From Proteobacteria bacterium UBA6156 (GTDB lineage: Bacteria; Pseudomonadota; Alphaproteobacteria; UBA2136; UBA6156), in assembly GCA_002422365.1 (NCBI GenBank), contig DIUO01000031.1:100187-157564 (forward strand): 57,378 nucleotides of DNA, given 5' to 3'. Below, one piece after another: positions 7,901-20,261 of the stretch (its first letter is position 1; each line of letters begins with the position of its first letter). The position numbers and the translations under genes were made by a program. Below the pieces are notes generated by a model. That model had not been told where the DNA came from. It saw only the letters and a list, made by a program, of their open reading frames with translations, and searched no databases.

Positions 7901-10378
7901 ATGGCTGAAGTATCCGCTACAATTCGTTTACGTCCAACCAGAATTGGTTTTTTGGTTAGACCAAACGATCTAAAATCAATCCGCCGATTTATGCAATATT
8001 CCACCACAATATGGGGTGGCATGTATAATCCTATTATACCTGTATGCAAGATACCGCCAAAACATTGGAGGACAGGGTTTAAGAGAGATTCTCAAAATAT
8101 TAGCCAAGGTTATGTAAAATTTTTTGAACCAGATGTGTTTGTAGAAGCTGAAAAAGGGCTTTTAGAAGAAGCGGGACTTGGCGCACTTCGGCCTAAACAC
8201 GCTATTTACTCAAGCGTTATTACTCTCGATGAATTCTTAAAACCAGAGCGTGCTAAAAATTGGTCTGAGCCTGCATTTAGCGTAAGCATGAATGATGTTT
8301 ATAACCACCTTTATGAAACCGAACAAAGGTTTGAGCAAAAGAAGAAAGCCAAAACCTTTCTCATTAAGCCCGATCCCAACAGTGGCATTACAGAAGCATT
8401 ATTCGGCGTGTTCCCAAATCACCGCCATTGTGACTATTTTAAGAAAAATTATAAAAGCTTGTATGGTGCCGTTGAAAAAGAGCCTGACATTGAAACCTGG
8501 CTTGAAGTATTCAAGAAAAATGCGAGGGTTCCCTTATATATCACGAGCCATGATTTAGATACGAAGAGATCATGGCATCATGATTCTGTTATATTTGTCT
8601 TTAATCCTAAACTAGCTACTGACCTCATTGATCTTTGGAATATGAGACTTGAGCCGAAACCTATTCTTCCAATACCCGTTGAATGGTTTGAAAAGCTTAT
8701 TCCAGAAATTTCAAAATTTATTAAAAGCGAACATAGGCCACTTCAAGGCAATGAACATGGGGTCATGCACCATTCAACTATTGAATTTAGTCGATCTATC
8801 AATGACGAGACTAGTAAATCTCTCATTAGCAAACTACCTAAATTTCCTTCCGGCGCGTTGGCCGTAAAAAACTGGCGCAACCGTATTTGGGTAGAGCATA
8901 AGGATGAATTCATTATGAGAGATAAACGGTTAGAAATAACCGTTGATGAGACACGGGCTAGTTTAGTCCTTAATCCAGAAAGAGATTCGCTATATGCAAA
9001 TTTTGAAGCCCTCTATCCTAAGTTTGCCTCAACATATGGTGGACATGATTACCGTTGGGTAAATGCAGTTCGTATCAGTACCTATGGCTCAGAAGTTGTG
9101 GGAAGTGTTCTTCCCTTTAATACATTCCAACGGATATGGCCGAGATTGGAAACTCTTGGGGGGGAAGCAACGTTAATTGGAACTGAAGGCTGGATATATC
9201 CCCAACGCTTTAAAAAATCGGATCAAAGCATTCGTTTCCTCACTAAGGAAGACGCCATTATTGGGGCACTCAAGCAAATGGGGGTTGAAGCGAAGCTTTC
9301 CGATCCAGGCCATATTGCAAAGCAAATGCTTGAACATCTCGGAAGGCTTTGGAGCGTCAAGGCTCTTGCAGACTTAAAAACTATTGAGCTTTTGAACAAG
9401 ATGGCTGGTGGGTTACGTCGGAAGTCAAATATGACAGACACTATTGAAGAGAGTTTTGAACGCCACTCCGTGCCTGTTAAAGATTGGGTAGATTTGATTG
9501 AGCGGAGAAAAAAGCAGGACTTCGGCCGGTTTGAGCTTGAAGATTTCACATCAAGAAATATCATTCGCTTAGGTTTGGAAACCTCTTGTCCTACCTGCAA
9601 GACAACAAACTGGCATAGCTTGACCGCTACAGATTATAAAATGTCATGTGAGCGCTGCCTGAATGAGTATGATTTTCCCCAAGCAAAGCTCCAACTCAAT
9701 AACAAAAATTGGGCGTACAGGGTGGTGGGACCATTTTCAGTCCCCGATTACGGGCAAGGGGCTTATAGCTCGCTCTTGACACTCAGAGCCTTAAATTGCC
9801 TGCATGGTGCCAGCGATGAAATGACATTTTCAACATCACTTAATGTTGCATTTGATGGGGAAAATGCAGAGGTTGATTTCGTAGCGTTTCATAGGCGAGA
9901 TACCCATGGTGATGAAACCATGCCAAATTTAGTGATTGGAGAAACCAAATCGCTTGGTAAAAGAGACCTCCTCAAACCTAAAGATATCTCCAAGCTTAAA
10001 CTTGTAGGGGCTAAGTTACCCGGTGCCTTTATAGCCGTATCCGTTATGAGAGATCATTTTACGAAAAATGAGAAAAAACTTTTAACAAGTCTGGTTAAGT
10101 GGGGGAGGCGCATAGATCAAAATGGAATGCCGACAAACCCAGTAATCCTGATGACTGGTAAAGAACTGTTTGTTGACCATTTTATATCATCGACATGGAA
10201 AAGCCTTGGTGAACCGCATTCTAAGTTTGAAGATTATAACCACACACGAAACCTTCATGCATTTGCTGATTCCACACAGCAAATTTATTTGGGATTATCC
10301 CCTACATCACAAGTTCATAGGCAAAAATTTGAAGCTCGAAGAGCTAAGGTGTTGGCGAAAAGGGCGGCGGCGGCTTAG
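7901..10378 (+). CDS. 825-aa protein of unknown family: large N-terminal region, CxxC-x16-CxxC zinc ribbon, C-terminal PD-(D/E)xK-like nuclease core
   Basis: Long uninterrupted ORF in AT-rich DNA. The zinc ribbon is C563/C566/C583/C586 (CPTCKTTNWHSLTATDYKMSCERC, nt 9587-9658). The putative nuclease core is D659 ... E681-x-K683 (EVDFVAFHRRDTHGDETMPNLVIGETK, nt 9875-9949). No Walker A motif is present anywhere. Confidence 0.8.
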   Translation: MAEVSATIRLRPTRIGFLVRPNDLKSIRRFMQYSTTIWGGMYNPIIPVCKIPPKHWRTGFKRDSQNISQGYVKFFEPDVFVEAEKGLLEEAGLGALRPKHAIYSSVITLDEFLKPERAKNWSEPAFSVSMNDVYNHLYETEQRFEQKKKAKTFLIKPDPNSGITEALFGVFPNHRHCDYFKKNYKSLYGAVEKEPDIETWLEVFKKNARVPLYITSHDLDTKRSWHHDSVIFVFNPKLATDLIDLWNMRLEPKPILPIPVEWFEKLIPEISKFIKSEHRPLQGNEHGVMHHSTIEFSRSINDETSKSLISKLPKFPSGALAVKNWRNRIWVEHKDEFIMRDKRLEITVDETRASLVLNPERDSLYANFEALYPKFASTYGGHDYRWVNAVRISTYGSEVVGSVLPFNTFQRIWPRLETLGGEATLIGTEGWIYPQRFKKSDQSIRFLTKEDAIIGALKQMGVEAKLSDPGHIAKQMLEHLGRLWSVKALADLKTIELLNKMAGGLRRKSNMTDTIEESFERHSVPVKDWVDLIERRKKQDFGRFELEDFTSRNIIRLGLETSCPTCKTTNWHSLTATDYKMSCERCLNEYDFPQAKLQLNNKNWAYRVVGPFSVPDYGQGAYSSLLTLRALNCLHGASDEMTFSTSLNVAFDGENAEVDFVAFHRRDTHGDETMPNLVIGETKSLGKRDLLKPKDISKLKLVGAKLPGAFIAVSVMRDHFTKNEKKLLTSLVKWGRRIDQNGMPTNPVILMTGKELFVDHFISSTWKSLGEPHSKFEDYNHTRNLHAFADSTQQIYLGLSPTSQVHRQKFEARRAKVLAKRAAAA

Positions 10379-10550
10379 CTAAAAGTCAGGAAATACCGCT
10401 ATCGAAAATTGCTGGAAATTGTTGACTTTTATTGGGACTATTTATCGGTATTAATATTTGAAATTATTGTCAGTATTCCCGAATCCATCACGCGCATAAG
10501 CCATCGTTGAGGGCAACCTCAGCTCGTATCAACAGATGGAGTATAAGCCA

Positions 10551-11312
10551 ATGGCTACCAAAGCAATCAACCATGAAGAGGCAATCACGGAAGCCGTGAA
10601 CAACCTCAGCAAGCGTGAGGTTCTTTTCTCTTACGCCGTTACCTTCGATAAGATCAGTAAGGACATCAGCGACAGCATCACCGCCCTTTCCCATAACAAG
10701 AAAGAGTTGGCTGGGCTGGATGAACGGGTGCTGAAGATTATCGGCAGTTCGTACACCAAGCCTGAAAAGGTGGTGGAGGATTTTAACAAAGCTCGCACCA
10801 GCCAACGTCTTGTGATGGTGGAAACCATGATGAGTGAACCTGAAAAGCTTGGGAACCTGAAAAAGGAACACACCCTGGACATACTCAAAACGCAGAAAAT
10901 CGGCATGGACTATAAGTTCCAGGTTGACCGTCGCGTGGATAACACCATCAAGACCAAAACCGCCAAAGGCGAAATCAAGCGCCATGCCGACCAGGTGTGG
11001 AGTACCGCGCAAAAGTTTGCCCGCGACAACGAATATAACGAGTTTGTCCGTGCCAAGACCCCGGCGGACAAGTTGGACAGCCGCCTTGTGAAGGGCTACC
11101 TGACCGACCAAGAGGCTTTGAAGCAGCTTGTCGCTAATGCGCCGGTTGTCGCCTTGGATGCCTTGAAGGAAAAGAAAATCGACTTCAACGGCAAGCTTCG
11201 GCCCCACCAAACCGTGCGTAGCCTGCAAGATCGCGCCGGTCGTGAGCAGGAGCAATCCAAAACCCAAACCCGCCAGCGCACCCAAAGCCGCCAACGTGGA
11301 TTGAACATCTAA
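10551..11312 (+). CDS. Hypothetical 253-aa Lys/Glu-rich protein with an Arg/Gln-rich C-terminal tail
   Basis: ATG 10551 lies 9 nt after GGAG; the ORF-track start is 10536. Composition is typical of a real soluble protein, whereas the overlapping minus-strand ORF 10488-11366 is Leu/Gly-rich antisense-type. The tail reads RAGREQEQSKTQTRQRTQSRQRGLNI. Confidence 0.6.
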   Translation: MATKAINHEEAITEAVNNLSKREVLFSYAVTFDKISKDISDSITALSHNKKELAGLDERVLKIIGSSYTKPEKVVEDFNKARTSQRLVMVETMMSEPEKLGNLKKEHTLDILKTQKIGMDYKFQVDRRVDNTIKTKTAKGEIKRHADQVWSTAQKFARDNEYNEFVRAKTPADKLDSRLVKGYLTDQEALKQLVANAPVVALDALKEKKIDFNGKLRPHQTVRSLQDRAGREQEQSKTQTRQRTQSRQRGLNI

Positions 11313-11315
11313 CAG

Positions 11316-11338
11316 GAAGCCCCTCAGGGGCTTCTTTT
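11316..11338 (+). terminator. Rho-independent terminator-like hairpin
   Basis: GAAGCCCC-TCA-GGGGCTTC followed by TTTT, immediately after the stop at 11312. Confidence 0.5.
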
Positions 11339-11355
11339 GAAGAAGGAGCAATGTA

Positions 11356-11544
11356 ATGACTGTCAAAGCTGAAATCTACCTCGACTTCCATCACAAGCAC
11401 GGCATCAGTCCTGCTGTTATCCTCTCGGCTATGGAGGATAACGGGGAAGAGGAGGGGGTTATCAAGGATGTGATTGGCCTGTTTGAGTATGAAGGCTATT
11501 CAGAAGCCGATATCCGTACCGCCATGCGGGAACTGGAATATTAA
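11356..11544 (+). CDS. Hypothetical 62-aa acidic protein
   Basis: GAAGGAG lies 7 nt upstream of ATG 11356. The ORF is followed by a clean terminator. I recognise no family. Confidence 0.5.
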   Translation: MTVKAEIYLDFHHKHGISPAVILSAMEDNGEEEGVIKDVIGLFEYEGYSEADIRTAMRELEY

Positions 11545-11558
11545 GGGATAATTCTGGA

Positions 11559-11582
11559 AAACCCGGTGAAGACCGGGTTTTT
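11559..11582 (+). terminator. Rho-independent terminator
   Basis: AAACCCGGT-GAAG-ACCGGGTTT running into TTTTT. Confidence 0.6.
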
Positions 11583-11595
11583 AATTAAAAAGTGC

Positions 11596-11626
11596 TTGAT
11601 TCTCTAGTGGCTAGAGCGTGCATAGA
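11596..11626 (+). promoter_or_regulatory. MerR-type promoter/operator P1 (19-bp spacer with dyad) upstream of the czcI-like/czcCBA operon
   Basis: -35 TTGATT (11596-11601), the 19-nt spacer CTCTAGtggCTAGAGcgtg containing a perfect 6+6 dyad, and -10 CATAGA (11621-11626). It is near-identical to the site at 17962-17992. Confidence 0.7.
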
Positions 11627-11685
11627 AGCCTCATGGCTCTTAATAGAAGGCTCTTAAAACTTGAACGCGCACGCAACAACATGGT

Positions 11686-12030
11686 ATGCATAGGCCAATG
11701 AAGAAGCTTTGGACTCTTTCTGTATTGGTAATGTGCGCGGCGCTGGCTATGGCTCAGTTCGCACACGCCGGTACGGCGGAGAATACCAACTGCGATGTTG
11801 TGAAATCTGAACAGCATATCCAATCTGCTGTTGAAAAGGTTTCTTCTATTCAGAATGAAGGCGACAAAGCCGCGCAGGAAAACTGCTGCGAGAGCTGCCA
11901 CCTTCAACTTATATCCCTTCCTGAAATTGCCGTGGATCGCACGGCACCCGAAGGCGAGCCTATGGCCGCCGTTCCCGCGTCTCCGCGTGGAATCTTCCTG
12001 GATACGCTATCCGAACCTCCTCAGGCGTAA
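11686..12030 (+). CDS. CzcI-like small periplasmic protein
   Basis: Signal peptide MKKLWTLSVLVMCAALAMAQFAHA, a Cys/His cluster ENCCESCH, and a C-terminal LSEPPQA tail. It is the first gene ahead of czcCBA. Confidence 0.6.
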   Translation: MHRPMKKLWTLSVLVMCAALAMAQFAHAGTAENTNCDVVKSEQHIQSAVEKVSSIQNEGDKAAQENCCESCHLQLISLPEIAVDRTAPEGEPMAAVPASPRGIFLDTLSEPPQA

Positions 12031-12119
12031 TGCTCGGCTAGCATGACCGCAACGGCCTATGTAGGCACGTTCCGGCATGTGGATTCCTGCAAGTGCAGGC
12101 ATCCCAATTCATCCAACCA

Positions 12120-12434
12120 ATGAAGTATAGAGATATGAAATATACCCTGATGATGGGCGCCGTAGCCATGGCTATGACTGTGGGTGCCGTTATGAATGTG
12201 ACCGCTGATGAACAGAACCACAGCAAACCCGGCCACCAGCACCGCTCGGAAAACTATGAACAAGGCAAAGTTGAGAAGGAAGTTACGAAAGTAGCTCAAA
12301 TCTCTCCTGCTGAAGGTGCAACTGATGGCAAGAAACTGCCGGGCCGCGACTGCAAGCTTTATGAAGGTGGCACACGCCAGCACACTTTCCCGCAGTACGA
12401 AATCGGCAACCCGAACCGCCCGGAATGCCAATAA
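12120..12434 (+). CDS. Small secreted His-rich protein, unknown (putative periplasmic metal binder)
   Basis: ATG 12120 or 12135. It has the signal peptide MKYTLMMGAVAMAMTVGAVMNVTA, the stretch DEQNHSKPGHQHRSENYEQ, and two C-terminal Cys. Confidence 0.5.
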   Translation: MKYRDMKYTLMMGAVAMAMTVGAVMNVTADEQNHSKPGHQHRSENYEQGKVEKEVTKVAQISPAEGATDGKKLPGRDCKLYEGGTRQHTFPQYEIGNPNRPECQ

Positions 12435-12498
12435 CCACCATGGATACAGGGCCGGAATTCTCCGGCCCTGCTTCCCATGTTTGTGAAAGAAGTTTGTA

Positions 12499-13802
12499 AT
12501 GAGAAATACCTTAACGGCCTGTTCAGCTCTGGCGATGCTCTTCTATATGAGTGCGTCCAATGCCACTGAGCAGAATGTGCCACCCGTCATTAGCCCGACG
12601 ACACATACGAATCATCAACGCTATTTGGGGCTTGCTGAGGCTATTCAGAAGGCGATGGCGAACTCTCCCCGCATCAAGGCGGCGGAAGCTGTTTTAAGTG
12701 CCTCCCGAGGGGCGGAGCGTCAGGCCGGTGCCTGGGCAAACCCCGAAGTTGGCGTGGAGGTCGAGAACCTTGCCGGAAGCGGCCCCTATAAAGGCACCAA
12801 ATCTGCTGAATTCACCTATAACCTTTCCCAAAAGGTGGAGCTTGGTAAGCGCCCCGCCCGTAGGCGTGTCGCCGGTGCCGAGCGGGAAACCGCCAGTATT
12901 GCCGTTTTGGCCGAGAAACTGGATATCGCCCGCGATGTGAAGATTGCTTACGCGGATGTGCTGGCCGCTGAGCGCACCTTACAATTAGCCGAGCAACAGG
13001 AAAAGCTGGCCGAAGATGTGCTGGCAAATGTCGCCAAGCGCGTAGGCGCGGCCCGCGACCCGTTGATTTACAAATCCCAAGCCGAAGTTTCACTGGCAAC
13101 GGCCAGGATGGCCCGCGCCCAAGTTATGCGGGATGTGCAACTGACCCGCAAAAAATTGGCTGCCCTTTGGGGCGGGGAACCGCTGGCGCAAGGGTTGGAC
13201 GAAAGTGTTTTGAACAGCGTTGAACAGCCAGCGCCTTTTGAAACCTATAAAGCCAGACTGGCGGAAAACCCGGACCTGACCCGCTTCATTTCCATGAAGC
13301 TTGCCAAGGCTGCCGCTATCAAGCTTGAGAAAGTCCAGAACATACCCGACCCCAGCGTGAATGTCGGCTTCCGCACGTTCCGCGAATCCAACGAGCAAGC
13401 GATGGTGGTTGGTGTTTCCATGCCGATCCCGGTGCTGGACCAGAACCAGGGCAACATCGCCAAGGCCCGTGCCGAACTAAACCAGGTCGAAAACGAAGGC
13501 CTCACCGCCGGACTGGATGCCGAGCAAGCCTTGCAGGAGGCTTGGCAGGAGTGGGAACTGGCCTACACGGAAGCCAAGCAACTGCATGACAGCATTATTC
13601 CGACTGCCGAGAAAGCCTTTACCTTATCCCGCGAAGGCTATGAACGCGGGCGCTTCTCCTATCTCGAAATCCTCAATGCCCAACGCACGCTTTACGAAGC
13701 AAGGGGCCAATACAACCAATCACTGCAACGTCAGGCCACGGCCAAGGCTCAGGTGCAACGCCTGACCGCCGAACCTGTCACCATTCTTAAGGGGGAAATC
13801 CA

Positions 13803-13806
<4 letters not shown>
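12499..13806 (+). CDS. czcC: Outer-membrane factor (TolC/CzcC family) of an HME-RND efflux system
   Basis: 435 aa with a signal peptide and the two-repeat coiled/beta OMF layout (LAEAIQKAMANSPRIKAAEA, LNAQRTLYEARGQY). It overlaps the next gene by ATGA. Confidence 0.85.
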
Positions 13807-17992
<4,186 letters not shown>

Positions 17993-18015
17993 AAGATCAA
18001 TGAAAGTGCCAAAAT

Positions 18016-18666
18016 ATGTCTAAGTCCTGCTGCGGAGGAGCCTGCGGTTCCAGTGAACTGCCTACGTTTGACGGTATGAACCCGCGTTATAAGCGGATTC
18101 TCTGGACGGTCATCGCCATCAACGGAGCCATGTTCCTCACCGAAATGGTGGCAGGGCACATGGCCGGGTCACAGGCCTTGCAGGCCGACGCCCTGGACTT
18201 TCTGGGCGATACTGTCACATACGGCCTCAGCTTGGCCGTGATTGGCGCGAGCCTGAAAGCACGATCTACAGCCGCCCTCTTCAAAGGCGTATCGCTGGCG
18301 CTTATGGCGATGTGGGTACTAGGTATGACCATCTACCGGACATTGATTCTCGGAGTTCCTAGTGCAGAAGTCATGGGCGTCATTGGCTTGCTTGCCCTAG
18401 CAGCCAACCTCGGCTCAGTCTTGCTTTTACTGCCTTATAAGGATGGCGACGCTAACGTGCGCTCAGTCTGGCTTTGCTCTCGCAACGATGCCATCGGCAA
18501 CGTCGCCGTTATGATCGCTGCCCTTGGCGTCTGGGGAACCGCTACCAAATGGCCTGACCTTGCGGTAGCAGGCTTCATGGCCGTGATGTTCCTGACCTCT
18601 TCAACCCAAATTCTGCGGCAGGCCTGGGCCGAATACCGCAGCGAAAAAGGAAAGACTGCAAAATGA
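18016..18666 (+). CDS. czcD: Cation diffusion facilitator (CzcD-like), short form without the cytoplasmic C-terminal domain
   Basis: N-terminal CCGGACG, then a CDF TM core (AINGAMFLTEMVAGHMAGSQALQADALDFLGD; CSRNDAIGNVAV). The protein ends about 20 aa after the last TM helix (216 aa in total). Confidence 0.8.
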   Translation: MSKSCCGGACGSSELPTFDGMNPRYKRILWTVIAINGAMFLTEMVAGHMAGSQALQADALDFLGDTVTYGLSLAVIGASLKARSTAALFKGVSLALMAMWVLGMTIYRTLILGVPSAEVMGVIGLLALAANLGSVLLLLPYKDGDANVRSVWLCSRNDAIGNVAVMIAALGVWGTATKWPDLAVAGFMAVMFLTSSTQILRQAWAEYRSEKGKTAK

Positions 18667-19019
18667 AAACATGGCTGATAGGCGTCCTTATGGCTGTGGC
18701 AATGCCCGTGCTGGCTGCCGAACCCATTGTTGGGAACTGGAAAACCGCCAGCGGCGAAACCGTGGAAGCCGCCCGCTGCGACAAACAGTTTTGCCTAACC
18801 CTCAAAACCGGCGAGTATGTCGGTAAACAAATCGGCGTACTGGTAGGCGATAGCATCCATTATAAAGGCAACGTCACCGACCCGAAGGAAAACAAAACCT
18901 ATACCGGTTCCGCCGTCGTCACGTCCAACCTGACCAGCCCGGATACGTTAAAGCTGAAAGGTTGCGTGCTTAAACTCCTGTGCAAAACGCAGGAGTGGGA
19001 ACGGATGAGCGCAAAATGA
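18663..19019 (+). CDS. DUF2147-family periplasmic protein
   Basis: Signal peptide, then GNWKTASGETVEAARC ... YKGNVTDPKENKTYTG ... LKLKGCVLKLLCKTQEWER, which matches the DUF2147 pattern as I remember it. ATGA overlaps on both sides. Confidence 0.7.
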   Translation: MKTWLIGVLMAVAMPVLAAEPIVGNWKTASGETVEAARCDKQFCLTLKTGEYVGKQIGVLVGDSIHYKGNVTDPKENKTYTGSAVVTSNLTSPDTLKLKGCVLKLLCKTQEWERMSAK

Positions 19020-19432
19020 AAAAAGCTCTAACTCCAACAACGAATTTTACGATTGGTGAACTTTCCAAGGCCACCGGCACGAAAATTCCGACTATCCGCT
19101 TCTACGAAAGCATCGGCATCCTGCCGGAAGTACCGCGCACCGCCAGCAACCGCCGCCTTTACAACGAAAATGCCATCATGAAGCTCCGCTTTATCCGCCA
19201 TGCGCGTGAGCTGGGCTTTGAACTAGACGCCATCCGCACCCTTCTTGCCATGCAGGAACAACCGGAAGCTTCATGCGAAGAAGCAGATATTTTGGCCCGT
19301 GCCCAACTGGCGGAAGTGGAAATGCGTCTAACCCGCCTTACTGCCATGCGGGAAGAGCTACAGCGTATGCTTTGCGAAAACACCCACAACAAAGTGGCTC
19401 AGTGCCGGATTATTGAAACGCTGGCCAGCTAG
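19016..19432 (+). CDS. MerR-family metal-responsive regulator (CadR/ZntR/PbrR-like, divalent-metal type)
   Basis: ATG 19016 overlaps the upstream stop. The product has the N-terminal wHTH FTIGELSKATGTKIPTIRFYESIGIL, a dimerisation helix and three Cys (SCEE, MLCEN, AQCRI) placed like ZntR/CadR metal ligands. The ORF-track start at 18980 is rejected. Confidence 0.85.
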   Translation: MKKALTPTTNFTIGELSKATGTKIPTIRFYESIGILPEVPRTASNRRLYNENAIMKLRFIRHARELGFELDAIRTLLAMQEQPEASCEEADILARAQLAEVEMRLTRLTAMREELQRMLCENTHNKVAQCRIIETLAS

Positions 19433-19436
19433 AGAA

Positions 19437-19456
19437 AAGGTGCCCGTAGGCACCTT
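19437..19456. terminator. Bidirectional terminator hairpin between convergent genes
   Basis: AAGGTGCC-CGTA-GGCACCTT lies between the merR stop (19432) and the minus-strand stop (19459). Confidence 0.55.
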
Positions 19457-19458
19457 GT

Positions 19459-19851
19459 TCAGAACAACAGCTTTGGCAGAACTATCGCCACGGTAAAGCC
19501 CGTAGCCCACAGAGCGGTAGCAATCCCCACCATCCACCACGAGAATACCCGCAGCCGTTGGCAGGCCAGCGCTAGCCGCTTATCGGCAGGGCAGGGGACA
19601 TATCGCTGCCGCCACACCGAATACCAGCTCACGCCAATCATCAAGGCGGAGATACCAAACACCCACACTTTATGCGCGGAAAGCCACACCAACCAAGGCG
19701 CAGCACTCACCAGGCCGACCAAGGCGGCACCCATGCCGAGGCTCACGAACACCAGCGGCAATACGCAACACACCAAAGTCCCCATGCTGGTAAAAAGTCC
19801 CAGCATGGGCATCAGCGTGTCGCGCCAGTTCAAGGTTTCTTGGCGCGCCAT
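19459..19851 (-). CDS. MerT/MerC-like inner-membrane heavy-metal transporter
   Basis: 130 aa and very hydrophobic. It has a vicinal Cys pair in TM1 (GTLVCCVLPLVFVSLG) and a second Cys pair in a loop (PCPADKRLALAC), as in mercuric-ion uptake proteins. Confidence 0.65.
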   Translation of the reverse strand: MARQETLNWRDTLMPMLGLFTSMGTLVCCVLPLVFVSLGMGAALVGLVSAAPWLVWLSAHKVWVFGISALMIGVSWYSVWRQRYVPCPADKRLALACQRLRVFSWWMVGIATALWATGFTVAIVLPKLLF

Positions 19852-19853
19852 GG

Positions 19854-20240
19854 TTATTGCACCTTGTAGGCGGTCATGTCGTAACCGGCATCCTTCAGCA
19901 GGCCCTTGAGGCGGGCTTCCTCAAGGGTGGCATCAGCTTTAAGGCCTACGGTGACGGTTTTGGCCGTAAGGTCAACCTTCACATCGGTTACACCATTCTC
20001 TTTCATCAGGGTTTTCTTGATGGCCTGGGCACAGAAATCACAGACAAGGCCGTTCACCTTGGCGATAATAACCTTGTCGCCCTGGGCTTGCTGTGCCGCA
20101 GTGGCGGGCTTATCCATGGAGGACATATCCATATCCTTCATCATACCGTCCGGCATCTTGTGCATATTTTCATGACTTTCCGCAGCGAAAGCCGGAAGGC
20201 TCAGGGCGGTAAGGGCAAGGGTAATGTATTGGAGTTTCAT
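19854..20240 (-). CDS. Periplasmic heavy-metal-associated (HMA, MerP/CopZ-like) protein with a Met/His-rich N-terminal region
   Basis: ATG 20240 (the ORF-track start at 20255 is TTG). It has the signal peptide MKLQYITLALTALSLPAFA, then HENMHKMPDGMMKDMDMSSMD, and an HMA fold with GLVCDFCA. Confidence 0.75.
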   Translation of the reverse strand: MKLQYITLALTALSLPAFAAESHENMHKMPDGMMKDMDMSSMDKPATAAQQAQGDKVIIAKVNGLVCDFCAQAIKKTLMKENGVTDVKVDLTAKTVTVGLKADATLEEARLKGLLKDAGYDMTAYKVQ

Positions 20241-20261
20241 GTTCGTATCTTTCAATTTTAC

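Noticed and set aside
7901-10378. The 825-aa cargo protein might be a STAND/AAA/ABC-type NTPase or helicase, as in many large defence proteins.
   Set aside because: I found no Walker A (GxxxxGK[ST]) or helicase motif I/II pattern anywhere in the translation. The only GK is in GETKSLGKRD, inside the putative nuclease core.
10488-11366. A 292-aa minus-strand ORF overlaps the 10551-11312 plus-strand ORF.
   Set aside because: Its Leu/Gly/His-rich composition is typical of an antisense frame, and it would run through the hairpin terminator at 11316-11338. The plus-strand ORF has a GGAG RBS, a protein-like composition and a terminator directly after its stop.
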